A program made the translations under genes and the position numbers. This document shows positions 33,491 to 42,567 of a stretch of 64,000 bases of DNA, one piece after another (the stretch's first letter is position 1; each line of letters begins with the position of its first letter). The notes under the pieces are model-generated. The model was not told where the DNA came from and made no database searches. It worked only from the letters and a program-made list of their open reading frames with translations. Source of the DNA: Candidatus Micrarchaeia archaeon. GTDB lineage: Archaea > Micrarchaeota > Micrarchaeia > Micrarchaeales > Micrarchaeaceae. Where the stretch lies: contig JBMFWR010000003.1 in assembly GCA_049965095.1 (NCBI GenBank), positions 5,786-69,785 of the forward strand, read 5' to 3'.

Positions 33491-36400
33491 TCACTGCCTA
33501 TTTTTGCGCCAAAAACTTATTGCAATCATTGCAGCTATTGATGCAACAACAAGTATGATGTAATAAGCGCTGATGTTTCCTATAGGCAACATAAAATTGC
33601 CTATCTGGGTATTGACAACCTGTGTTGAAGGCGATGTCGTATAGTTGAACTCTAGCGTGACTAAAGGCGATCCCCCAGCATTTGGAGTTGAGAAGCTAAG
33701 CCCTGGCTGGTACACATATAAAGGTTCAGGAGGCGGGTTGCCATAATATTGGGCTATTATTTTTGCATCGCCTGTGCCACATGCTGGTATCTTTGCCTGA
33801 AATTCGCCGTTAGCATTAGTTTTTGCTATTTTTGCCAATCCAAGCTGGGTAGTAAATACGCCTGTGCCATTGTCAAAATAGGGCACGCAATATTCATATT
33901 GACCATTTATCGAGTTTACAGCTTGAAGCCCGTTGTCGCCAAAAATATTGCAGTTGAAGACTCCTGGCCCTTGGAGAAGGCTGCTTGGCTCTGGTGGGCA
34001 AGAATCAGAAGATGCTTGGGAAAAATAATCTATCAGTTTAGCTTCCGCTGGACCGTCATGTTTTGCTTGGGTCACAGTGGCAAGAGGATTTGCAAGGGTG
34101 CAAGACTTTGAGCTAAAGCCAAAAGCGCATTTAAGCGAATTTGTATAATATGCCAGATCGTTAGATGGGTAACTGCTGTTGTAGTAGTTTATATTTGTAT
34201 CATAATAAAGGTATACATCGGCGTTAGGGACAGGATAGGTGCCGATAGGAGTTGCTGAAAGCAATGTGCCATTTATATATATTGTGGTGCTGTTCGAATT
34301 TGTTGGATCCACAACCGGATTTGCATTAGCTATTAGGGTCGTAATGTTTGAAAAGTCTACATCAAGCGGCATGTATATTGTATTGTTGAAGCTGTCTACA
34401 TATGTAAACACAAGCCGATTATAACCCAATATAGAATGGCTTTTAGCCAAAATAAGGACCATATTATTTAGATATGATGCCCTTTGGTATACCTCAAAAA
34501 GCTGCTGGAAGTTTGTCGAGGGGTTTTCAGAATATAAAAACACGCTTGGTCCACTAAACAGGTTCTGGGCATAATAATACGGTGATGGGCAATAACCTCC
34601 GCAGTTTGCACCGGGTACTTGCTGTGTAGTAGCAGTCTGTGCTGCGTAAGCAGCAAAAAATTGGGTATTAGAATAAGCGCTCTGATCGTATATGTTTTCA
34701 TTATATACGTAATTTCTTGCTGCATTTATTACCAGTTGCGGATTAAGCATATTATCTGGCGAGTCCATGCCACCTGTTGTATTTACGGTCTGATTTACGA
34801 ATATTTCGCCAAAATTCCTGTTCGTTGACATCTCATAGTTAATGTATGGGAACATTATTGCGCCGGCATCTGAAAGATTGGGTATATAGTAAGTGTTTTG
34901 TCCCCTGTACTGGAGATATGTTGGGCCACCTTGCACAGTGACATTTAGGCTTGAGCTTGATACAGGAACTTCAGCAGTAGTGTATCCAGCATATACATTA
35001 CTTGTGCTGGTGCTTATGCTGCCGCACGCCAGTGGAGTGCCATATGCGGGCTCGTCTGTGCTACTAGTTGTTATGTCAACTGCTTGCTCGCTCGTCTGCT
35101 GCCAGTTTTGATTGAGGTAATAGCTATAGTTGTATGGAACTAGCACGTAGCCAGCTATGTTGCTATTCAGGAATGTAATTGGCTGCTTGGATAATAAAGC
35201 GCCTGTGGTAGATGGTGTTGTATAACCAATTGTATTTGGTGACACGCTATTAGGATTCGTGATGCCGTTGTTATTGAAGCTGTTTGCTGCTGACGAAGAG
35301 GACGAGCTTGACGTCTGCTGCGGGAATAGCGCTGAGAAGGTATTTGTAAGTGTTAGATAGGCTTCAGGCGAGCCTTCCCCTTCTACATATGAGAAGGAAC
35401 TTGGCACCAATTCGAATGGAGGCCATATGTCAGTGATGACATTTGCAATTATTGTATTGTAAGTACATGCACCACTGTAGCTTTCATTAATATAACAAGA
35501 ATATGGAGTATCTGCAGCAAATAACAACTTTGTATAGTTATCTACTTTTGGATAGAAAGACAAGAATTCTGTGTAAAGCGGATTCCCGAATGTGCCGGAA
35601 TAGGGCCATTGCCATATGTGAGCAACCATATTGAATGTACCGTTAAAGCTTGTAGATACGCTTATGTTGTATGGATTTAGTGTAGTGATGCCAAAAGCAC
35701 TTATTTGAGGACCTATTGGAGGATAATCCGTATGCATTTTATTTGGAGTGTATGTGCAATCTGCAGCACAATATGATATATATTGGTTGTTGCCTATGCT
35801 GATATTTGCAGAAAGGACCCAGCCGTAAGGAGGATCTACTATCTGCTGCCCAGTGCCCTGTGACGTGCTTATTGCTTGGCTGTTAACAGGAAACATTGTA
35901 GTATAATTCTGTGGATTTATCGGAAGCTCGGTATTATTGGCAGAAAAAACGCGCATTATTAGAAATGATGATGGGTTTCCATCAACGCTAAAGTTCCATA
36001 TGTCAAAAACATACAATAATCCTTTATCGTCACTGATTGCTATTGGGTAGTGGAATCCTTGTATATCATTTACAGTAGGCATGCCATTGTAGACACTTGC
36101 GATTTGGGCATTATCGAATGGCCCACCATTTGCCAAGTACGCAGTTATGTTCATATTGTATGTACTGTTTGAATAGGTCAGATTAATTTCGCCTTCATAA
36201 TTAAAAGAAGGGCTCTGGTACAGCACAATGTTGCCCGGATAGTATTGGTTTGCAAGATAGATATTTTGGCCGCCAGGCGACACTGCAAACTCGCTGCTTG
36301 GCAAAAAGCCCGCAGGCTGGGTTTCGCCTTGCCCTTCTTTTATGCCATTTGAGAAGAATGCTCCAAGGAAAAATCGTTTGTTGGTCCATTTGTAATCTCC

Positions 36401-38260
36401 TGTAAAGAAGACATCATTCGAGTAATCCGATGTTACGGCTGTAGGTATTATACCGTAATTATAGAATCCCCACCATGATGAGCGGGACTGCGCCAGATCA
36501 ACAACATTTACCAGATAAAGATCGGTAGACTGCTCCTTTAGCACGTTGTTCCAATAGTTTACCCAGAGTGAATTCCATGTGCTCCAGTCAAGCGATGATG
36601 ATTGCAATGCATTTGGCTGGTCGTTGGATATGTTATAGTAGCCTGTTGGTATAAATCTAAAAATGTATAGATAAGCATTAGACTTCTGATTGAAGTTTAA
36701 AAAGCCGCTAGATGTGTCTGTATAATTTATCACATATATGTAATCATTTGGCGATGCTGAAATAAACTGAGGGTCTCTTATACTAAGATACGCATAATTG
36801 CCGGCGCTGCCAAGCTCGTCAATTATGTTGTTGAATATGTTACTTATACTACTTAAAGAGCCAGCATTCATGTTGCTCAGGAAGAAATTAGCTTCAGGCA
36901 CAAAGTCACTCACCGTAGACGAAATAGAAGAGATTCCAGAAGGGAAAATGGAGAGGCTATCGCTATAATTTGCAAAAAATCCAGAATTGGTGTATATTGG
37001 GAAAGAATCGAGATAGTTCGCGGGTGCAAGATAATTGTGTGGGCTGTACATATCGAAAGAGAGGTTTAAGAATTCTGTTGTGTTAGAAACCGTGCTGAAT
37101 AATGCTGGCATAGTTATATTGTAAAGAAAATATGGAAGTATTGGTACTCTTGAATATAAAGTTGATTCTATTGGAGCTTCAACTGTGCATGTGTTAACCC
37201 AGCAGGAGTATGCTGCAATGTAATTACCTGGTAAACCGGTATAGGTATATATTGTAGCTGAGCCGGTGTAGTAGCTTGTATCTACTGTACCAGTACCTAC
37301 CTCAGACCATCCAGATTCCCAGAAAGGAGGAAAGCTTAAAATTGATAAATAGTAGGTATGATAGTAATGCACTGGTGTAAAATATTGGCCTAAATATTCT
37401 ATATAGTTGTTTTGGGGAGGGTTGAGGAGCGAAACGGGTATTGTAACGTTTGTATTGTTTAGCTTCGTCAAATCAGAATTAAATTGATAGTTGTATGTGT
37501 AGTCGCAGTACCATACTGTTAGGGTGTTCGATGGGGTGCCTTGGGTAACTGCAGTAAACGGCCCATCAGAGTACTGCAATCCGCTAAAGCTATCAGATAG
37601 GTGAAAGTCGCCATTTTGTATGGCATTTTTAAATTCAGAGAGCTTTGCGTACTCCGCACTCCATGACCATATTGAAGACTGATTCACTGATGGAACACTT
37701 TCATATATGTAGCTATTTGAATCGTAGCCATTTGATATGTTATACATGGCGCCATTCAATGATGACTCGCCTGAGTATGCGATGTTTTGTACCTGTGCAA
37801 TTCCTGGATTGTCCAGACTGAATGAAACGGAGGTGCTGGCAAGGGAGTAGGTGCTCCAGGAAGTATAGCTTGTCAATTGTGCTGACGTTTGCAAAGGCTG
37901 GGTACTTGCCAGGCAGCTATCTCCGCCAATGAAGGAATTTGGAGTAGTATAAAAATATTCGGTTGTGTCAAGAGGATTTGGCTGTGAAGGGCATGTTATA
38001 AGCCATTGCGCATAATTAGAGTTGTATTTAAGTACAGAGGATGTTGTGGGCATGTCGCTTTGAGTGGAAGAGCTTTGGACAATGCTGCCACCACCAGCAT
38101 CAGGGTAATAGGTTGTTATGCTGCTACTCCCGGTGCCATCGCAGAACCCATAGATGGGGGTATCAGCATGGCACACAACATTTGTTGTTGAATACGAAAC
38201 ACTTGCAAAAAGGCTAAGCAATAAAATTGAATACAGCAGCACAACAAAGATTCTATTCAT
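33491..38260 (-). CDS. giant surface protein (S-layer/adhesin candidate): signal peptide + about 1530-aa ectodomain + C-terminal TM anchor
   Basis: MNRIFVVLLYSILLLSLFASVSYS signal. C-terminal ISAYYIILVVASIAAMIAISFWRKNRQ anchor. Extreme S/T/N/Y richness, very few K/R, many N-x-S/T sequons (NIS, NVT, NTT, NYT, NST...), and a poly-Ser tract QQTSSSSSSSAANS. Confidence 0.8.
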   Translation of the reverse strand: MNRIFVVLLYSILLLSLFASVSYSTTNVVCHADTPIYGFCDGTGSSSITTYYPDAGGGSIVQSSSTQSDMPTTSSVLKYNSNYAQWLITCPSQPNPLDTTEYFYTTPNSFIGGDSCLASTQPLQTSAQLTSYTSWSTYSLASTSVSFSLDNPGIAQVQNIAYSGESSLNGAMYNISNGYDSNSYIYESVPSVNQSSIWSWSAEYAKLSEFKNAIQNGDFHLSDSFSGLQYSDGPFTAVTQGTPSNTLTVWYCDYTYNYQFNSDLTKLNNTNVTIPVSLLNPPQNNYIEYLGQYFTPVHYYHTYYLSILSFPPFWESGWSEVGTGTVDTSYYTGSATIYTYTGLPGNYIAAYSCWVNTCTVEAPIESTLYSRVPILPYFLYNITMPALFSTVSNTTEFLNLSFDMYSPHNYLAPANYLDSFPIYTNSGFFANYSDSLSIFPSGISSISSTVSDFVPEANFFLSNMNAGSLSSISNIFNNIIDELGSAGNYAYLSIRDPQFISASPNDYIYVINYTDTSSGFLNFNQKSNAYLYIFRFIPTGYYNISNDQPNALQSSSLDWSTWNSLWVNYWNNVLKEQSTDLYLVNVVDLAQSRSSWWGFYNYGIIPTAVTSDYSNDVFFTGDYKWTNKRFFLGAFFSNGIKEGQGETQPAGFLPSSEFAVSPGGQNIYLANQYYPGNIVLYQSPSFNYEGEINLTYSNSTYNMNITAYLANGGPFDNAQIASVYNGMPTVNDIQGFHYPIAISDDKGLLYVFDIWNFSVDGNPSSFLIMRVFSANNTELPINPQNYTTMFPVNSQAISTSQGTGQQIVDPPYGWVLSANISIGNNQYISYCAADCTYTPNKMHTDYPPIGPQISAFGITTLNPYNISVSTSFNGTFNMVAHIWQWPYSGTFGNPLYTEFLSFYPKVDNYTKLLFAADTPYSCYINESYSGACTYNTIIANVITDIWPPFELVPSSFSYVEGEGSPEAYLTLTNTFSALFPQQTSSSSSSSAANSFNNNGITNPNSVSPNTIGYTTPSTTGALLSKQPITFLNSNIAGYVLVPYNYSYYLNQNWQQTSEQAVDITTSSTDEPAYGTPLACGSISTSTSNVYAGYTTAEVPVSSSSLNVTVQGGPTYLQYRGQNTYYIPNLSDAGAIMFPYINYEMSTNRNFGEIFVNQTVNTTGGMDSPDNMLNPQLVINAARNYVYNENIYDQSAYSNTQFFAAYAAQTATTQQVPGANCGGYCPSPYYYAQNLFSGPSVFLYSENPSTNFQQLFEVYQRASYLNNMVLILAKSHSILGYNRLVFTYVDSFNNTIYMPLDVDFSNITTLIANANPVVDPTNSNSTTIYINGTLLSATPIGTYPVPNADVYLYYDTNINYYNSSYPSNDLAYYTNSLKCAFGFSSKSCTLANPLATVTQAKHDGPAEAKLIDYFSQASSDSCPPEPSSLLQGPGVFNCNIFGDNGLQAVNSINGQYEYCVPYFDNGTGVFTTQLGLAKIAKTNANGEFQAKIPACGTGDAKIIAQYYGNPPPEPLYVYQPGLSFSTPNAGGSPLVTLEFNYTTSPSTQVVNTQIGNFMLPIGNISAYYIILVVASIAAMIAISFWRKNRQ

Positions 38261-38297
38261 CACTATCAGTAGGATATTGCAAATAATATATTTATAG

Positions 38298-38390
38298 TTT
38301 TATGCCATCTTTTATGCCATTCTGTTATTGCGATGAATAACCGCCATTTGGACTGCGTGGCATTTACTCCAGATAAACCATTTGACTGCG
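38298..38390. repeat. two pairs of short direct repeats in divergent promoter spacer
   Basis: TTTTATGCCAT at 38298..38308 and 38310..38320. CCATTTGGACTGCG at 38344..38357 and CCATTTGACTGCG at 38378..38390. Confidence 0.6.
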
Positions 38391-38432
38391 CATGTTAAAA
38401 TTTCTTTTTATACCATATTGCTATGTGGTACT

Positions 38433-39092
38433 ATGTTCGAAAATGTTCATTGGATAGGGCATGCCAGTTTCTATCTCGAGGCAAGCGGAATTGTTATCTA
38501 CATAGATCCTTTTAGGGTTTCTAATGCTGTGGCAAGTGAAAAAGCAGACTTGATACTGATAACCCACGCGCATTTTGACCATTTCAGCAAAGAAGATATA
38601 GAAAAAATAAGAGACAGCAACACCCAAATAATTGCTTCGACGCAAACCCTGCAGGAAGGCGGCAGCATAAGGATTGCAACGCCTGGTTTCAAGCATAATT
38701 TTAACGGGGTAAAGATTGAAGCAGTCCCTGCATATAATATCGCCAAGGAGAGACTTGCATTTCATCCGAAGGAGAACAATTGGGTAGGCTATGTAATAGA
38801 AGCAGATGGTATGCGTATATACCATGCAGGAGATACGGACTTTATACCAGAGATGAAGGATCTGAAAGATATCGATCTTGCCTTAATACCCATAGGCGGC
38901 ACATATACAATGGACGTGGATGAAGCGATAACAGCAGCAAAAAGCATTGATGCACGCAGCATAACGCCGATGCATTACAAGAATCTGCTTGGCAGGGATG
39001 GAAGCGCGAAGGCGGAGCAGAAGTTTGCTAAAGGCGTAAAGAATGCGCTCATAATGAAGGAAGTGCAGGAGCCAACCTATTCGTTCAAATAG
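38433..39092 (+). CDS. metal-dependent hydrolase, MBL fold (UPF0173-like)
   Basis: MFENVHWIGHASFYLE..., motif LILITHAHFDHF, ...YHAGDT...PIGG. Start set at ATG 38433. Confidence 0.85.
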   Translation: MFENVHWIGHASFYLEASGIVIYIDPFRVSNAVASEKADLILITHAHFDHFSKEDIEKIRDSNTQIIASTQTLQEGGSIRIATPGFKHNFNGVKIEAVPAYNIAKERLAFHPKENNWVGYVIEADGMRIYHAGDTDFIPEMKDLKDIDLALIPIGGTYTMDVDEAITAAKSIDARSITPMHYKNLLGRDGSAKAEQKFAKGVKNALIMKEVQEPTYSFK

Positions 39093-39096
39093 CACA

Positions 39097-39906
39097 TCAT
39101 TTCTTGCGCTTTTTAACCTCTCTGCTTATCTCATCGGCTATTTCTTCAAGCTTTTCAGGGCTTATCTTGAAAACGCGCTCACTGCTATGCGCAACAGAAT
39201 CTGCTATGCTTGAGGCTTCCTCCTCTGTAATGCCCAATGCGCTTCTTGAATCTATTATGGCATTGCGCAGTTTCTTCTTTTTGTGGTTCATCAGTAGGCC
39301 TATAGTGCCTGAAACGCCGCCTTTCACAGCATGGCTTTTGGGCTTTATGAACACAATTGAAGAATCCACCTTTGGCATTGGATAAAAGTTACCTGCTTTG
39401 ACGTCCATTATTTTGTATATACTGAATTCCAACTCAGACAATACGCTAAGCTTTGAATATTTCCTTGTATTAGAATGGGCAAGCATGTGCTCCACAAACT
39501 CCTTCTGCAGGCACAACAGGGCGGGCATGCGCGCCTTTGAAAGCCATGCTATGACCTTGCTTGAAAGATTGTACGGCACGTTTGATATCATTATGTCATT
39601 GTTGCTGAGCTCCTCAAAGCTGATGTTAAAGAAATCGTCATTTATAAGCTTGATGCGATCCCCGCAATCGAGCATGCCATTGAGCATCATATATACTCTA
39701 CCATCTTTTTCAACCGCAGTTACGCTCTTTGCGACCTTGCAAAGCTCCTTGGTAAGTATGCCAAGCCCTGGCCCAAGCTCCAAAACGCGCTTTCCTATAC
39801 CATAGGCAGCCTCCTTTCTGGCTATTTCTTCGTTTATAAGGAAGCTTTGCCCAAGCCGCTTTGAAGGCCTTATGCTTTTTGCAATTTGGATATATTCATT
39901 AGGCAT
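39097..39906 (-). CDS. rsmA: 16S rRNA (adenine1518/1519-N6)-dimethyltransferase
   Basis: LGQSFL, SAM motif VLELGPGLGILT, ISNVPYN. Start set at ATG 39906. Confidence 0.85.
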   Translation of the reverse strand: MPNEYIQIAKSIRPSKRLGQSFLINEEIARKEAAYGIGKRVLELGPGLGILTKELCKVAKSVTAVEKDGRVYMMLNGMLDCGDRIKLINDDFFNISFEELSNNDIMISNVPYNLSSKVIAWLSKARMPALLCLQKEFVEHMLAHSNTRKYSKLSVLSELEFSIYKIMDVKAGNFYPMPKVDSSIVFIKPKSHAVKGGVSGTIGLLMNHKKKKLRNAIIDSRSALGITEEEASSIADSVAHSSERVFKISPEKLEEIADEISREVKKRKK

Positions 39907-39972
39907 CTCGTTCTTAGATATTTTAACAACAAAATTTATATTGGTTGCATGCCATATTAGCAATGTGATTCA

Positions 39973-41457
39973 ATGCAAAAAGCGCAGAGCGCCATAGAGT
40001 TTCTCTCTACATATGCTTTTATGATACTTATAATATCAATAGCGTTGCTGTTGCTTTTCATGTTTTTCTCCATACCTAGAACAATATTGCCTCCTTCCTG
40101 CAACTTTTATAGTGGCTTTGGATGCAGCGACGCCATTTACATTAATACAACACACGGCTCTGAACTGCTAATTATGGCAACAGATATGGAGCCGGGAATT
40201 ATAAACGTAAGCAACCAAAGCGGTTTTACCGCGTATCTAGGATACAGAAATAGCACTTCTGGGTATTGCACGCCGAGGGTAGCAACAGCGGGCCAGCGCA
40301 TCTACTGCATCGCAAATTTCACTTCGCATGTAAAGCTTGGCAGCACCTATTCAGGTGTATTCAGGATCAAGGCAAACTACTGCGCCGTAGCACCGTCAAT
40401 GCTTTCTAACTCTACCTGCCCCGCAAATGCAACAACTTCCAACTATACATTTGGCGGCTATCTAACAGTAAGTTCATCAATCGGTAACATAGGAGCACAA
40501 CAATCAGGCTCCTATTATGTACCAATAACCATTACAAACACGCAAAACAAGGTGGTTCCTTCGCAGTTCCAACAGATGATAGAATTCAATCCCAGCACAT
40601 ATGCAACATACGAAAGGAGCGACCTTGGAAACATAAGATTCTACTACAAGGGCACAGAGATGTACAGCTGGTGCGAAGCCAATTGCAGTTCTTCATCCAC
40701 AGGCAACGCCATATTTTGGGTAAAAACTCCACACGCAATACCGCCTGGCAAGAATATAACAATTGACATGTACTTCTTGCCAGCTGTAGTTGAGTACGAT
40801 GGTGATTTTGCAGGAGAGGCGCCACAACTAAGCACCACATACGGCCAATATGACAATGGTGCCAAGGTGTTTGAATTCTATGAAGGTTTTGAAGGAGCGA
40901 CATTGCCGCCTGAGCTCAACCAATACGCACCTTCAGGAGCCGCTATCTCAGTAAACAAAGGCTTGACGATTAATACAGGTACGGCAAGCTGGGCAGGAGT
41001 AATAACTACCTCTAATTTTGCTCCTCCAGTAATATTTGATGCATATGTTGCATCGCAATCCGGAGGCGCCCTGTCTGGGGGCATTGCCGAGCAGGCAGGA
41101 TCGCTGCCCTCTTCGCCAGGCTATGATTTCAACGGATGGAGTGGAAGCATAGGCGAGGGGACAATGCAAAACGGCATGTCTGGAACGCAGAACATAAATC
41201 TCCAGATTGCAGCACCAGGAGTAGATAGTCAAACATGGTTATCATCAAGCAGCCAGATTTACTACAAGAATTATGTTGCATACCCTGCCACTTCCACAGA
41301 TATTAGCATGCCAAGCAAGGTGTATCTTTCTGCCGGAGTATACTGCTGCAGCGGCGGCGACACCATCACATTTTACTGGATACGGGCAAGGGATTATCCT
41401 CCAAACGGAGTGATGCCAAGCTACAGTCTCGGTTCTCTTATAAACGCGCAGGCCTGA
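39973..41457 (+). CDS. pilin-like protein: class III signal peptide + DUF2341-like + LamG-like domains
   Basis: MQKA/QSAIEFLSTYAFMILIISIALLLLF. Then ...YYVPITITNTQNKVVPSQFQQMIEF...GNIRFYYKGTEMYSWCE...AIFWVKTP.AIPPGKNITIDMYF (DUF2341-like pattern). The C-terminal jelly-roll-like domain ends ...ITFYWIRARDYPPNG. Confidence 0.7.
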   Translation: MQKAQSAIEFLSTYAFMILIISIALLLLFMFFSIPRTILPPSCNFYSGFGCSDAIYINTTHGSELLIMATDMEPGIINVSNQSGFTAYLGYRNSTSGYCTPRVATAGQRIYCIANFTSHVKLGSTYSGVFRIKANYCAVAPSMLSNSTCPANATTSNYTFGGYLTVSSSIGNIGAQQSGSYYVPITITNTQNKVVPSQFQQMIEFNPSTYATYERSDLGNIRFYYKGTEMYSWCEANCSSSSTGNAIFWVKTPHAIPPGKNITIDMYFLPAVVEYDGDFAGEAPQLSTTYGQYDNGAKVFEFYEGFEGATLPPELNQYAPSGAAISVNKGLTINTGTASWAGVITTSNFAPPVIFDAYVASQSGGALSGGIAEQAGSLPSSPGYDFNGWSGSIGEGTMQNGMSGTQNINLQIAAPGVDSQTWLSSSSQIYYKNYVAYPATSTDISMPSKVYLSAGVYCCSGGDTITFYWIRARDYPPNGVMPSYSLGSLINAQA

Positions 41458-41505
41458 ATATAGCAAGTTCTATAAACTTTTATTCATCAATTTAGATTGG
41501 TAAAA

Positions 41506-41757
41506 ATGGCAAAAATACGCATTGGTGTTGTAGACCACTATTATGATAAATCCGGAGTGGTAGTAGTGACGCTCGAAGGGGAAGTTGGTATAGGAGACAG
41601 GATATATTTCAGGAAAGGGGAAAAAGAGATAGAGCAGAAAGTCGCTAGCATACAGGTCAACCATATCAATGTGGAAAGAGGTTTTAAAGGGGATTCTGTA
41701 GGAATAAAAGTTGACCAGCCAGTGGAAGACGGAAGCGAAGTATACAAGGAAGTTTAA
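41506..41757 (+). CDS. small beta-barrel protein (EF-Tu domain-2-like)
   Basis: 83 aa. ...IGVVDHYYDKSGVVVVTLEGEVGIGDRIYF....EQKVASIQVNHINVERGFKGDSVGIKV resembles translation-factor domain II. Confidence 0.5.
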   Translation: MAKIRIGVVDHYYDKSGVVVVTLEGEVGIGDRIYFRKGEKEIEQKVASIQVNHINVERGFKGDSVGIKVDQPVEDGSEVYKEV

Positions 41758-41767
41758 TACTGTTTGT

Positions 41768-41874
41768 GCCCCAGTAGCTCAGTGGTATGCTTAAGCACAC
41801 TAAAGAGCGTCTGCATGGTAACCATGCAGAGACCATAAAGCAGAAGGTCGAGGGTTCAATTCCCTCCTGGGGCT
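41768..41874 (+). tRNA. tRNA-Thr (anticodon GGU) with two insertions: 18-nt canonical intron (41821..41838) and about 15-nt D-loop insertion (about 41788..41802)
   Basis: Acceptor GCCCCAG/CTGGGGC plus U73. D stem GCTC/GAGC enclosing a 24-nt loop. Anticodon stem TCTGC/GCAGA enclosing 25 nt (ATGGTA + intron + A). Intron segment ACCAT pairs with ATGGT. T arm GAGGG-TTCAATT-CCCTC. 107 nt minus 33 gives 74 nt mature. Confidence 0.75.
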
Positions 41875-41920
41875 TTACTTTTGATATTTAACTCTCATCC
41901 GGGCCTTGTTGATTTAGTCT

Positions 41921-41973
41921 GACTTTATCAACATTTTTAAGACTTTTTCAACAAAATTGACTTTTTCAACAAA
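41921..41973. repeat. three direct repeats GACTTT(A/T)TCAACA(AA)
   Basis: GACTTTATCAACA 41921..41933, GACTTTTTCAACAAA 41941..41955, GACTTTTTCAACAAA 41959..41973. They sit in the 285-nt spacer between the 3' ends of tRNA-Thr and the Lrp gene. Confidence 0.7.
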
Positions 41974-42159
41974 GCCTCCCATCCGCAAAGATTTAAAAAT
42001 TGAAGAAGAAATTCAAATGCAGAGAGTATATTATACAAGATAAGGAATATGGATCTCCACAATATTATACCTGGGCATTTCAGCTTAGCAGCATAGTACT
42101 TCAGTTATAATTCATATATGTATTCCTTTCTGTAGGATTTGCAATTTTAAAAGTACAGG

Positions 42160-42567
42160 TTATTTCTCAATTTCCTCAACAAATGCTGGATATATGTTGC
42201 TTACGCCACTTATGTTTCTTATCTTTTGCAAGTCTTCCGCAACTTCATCGCCTTTGCCGGATATTACGGCAACAAGAACATGATCACCTGAAGTCCTGTA
42301 AAGTTCCTTGACAGAATTTATTTTTTTTATAGCGATTATGGCGTCAATTAGAAATTCTGGCCTTACCTCAAGGCCTAGTATAACCTGCTGCATCCCTAAA
42401 AGCTTATATCTAATTCTGTATCTTTTGTCAACAAGTATTTTCCCGTCTTTAAGCTTCTTCAAGTGGTTCCTTATGGTAGGGATGGAAACATTGTGGTGCT
42501 TTGCGATTGCACTTATATTTTTGCCATCTTGAATCTCAAATATTATTGTGCTGTCTATATCGTGCAT
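42160..42567 (-). CDS. Lrp/AsnC family transcriptional regulator
   Basis: N-terminal HTH (ISAIAKHHNVSIPTIRNHLKKLKDGKIL) plus a C-terminal RAM-like domain. 135 aa. Confidence 0.85.
   Translation of the reverse strand: MHDIDSTIIFEIQDGKNISAIAKHHNVSIPTIRNHLKKLKDGKILVDKRYRIRYKLLGMQQVILGLEVRPEFLIDAIIAIKKINSVKELYRTSGDHVLVAVISGKGDEVAEDLQKIRNISGVSNIYPAFVEEIEK

Noticed and set aside
41875-42159. Integrated mobile element at tRNA-Thr
   Set aside because: I found no integrase, transposase or viral gene, and no duplicated copy of the tRNA 3' end in the window. Only short repeats are present, so it is kept as a low-interest finding rather than called a mobile element.
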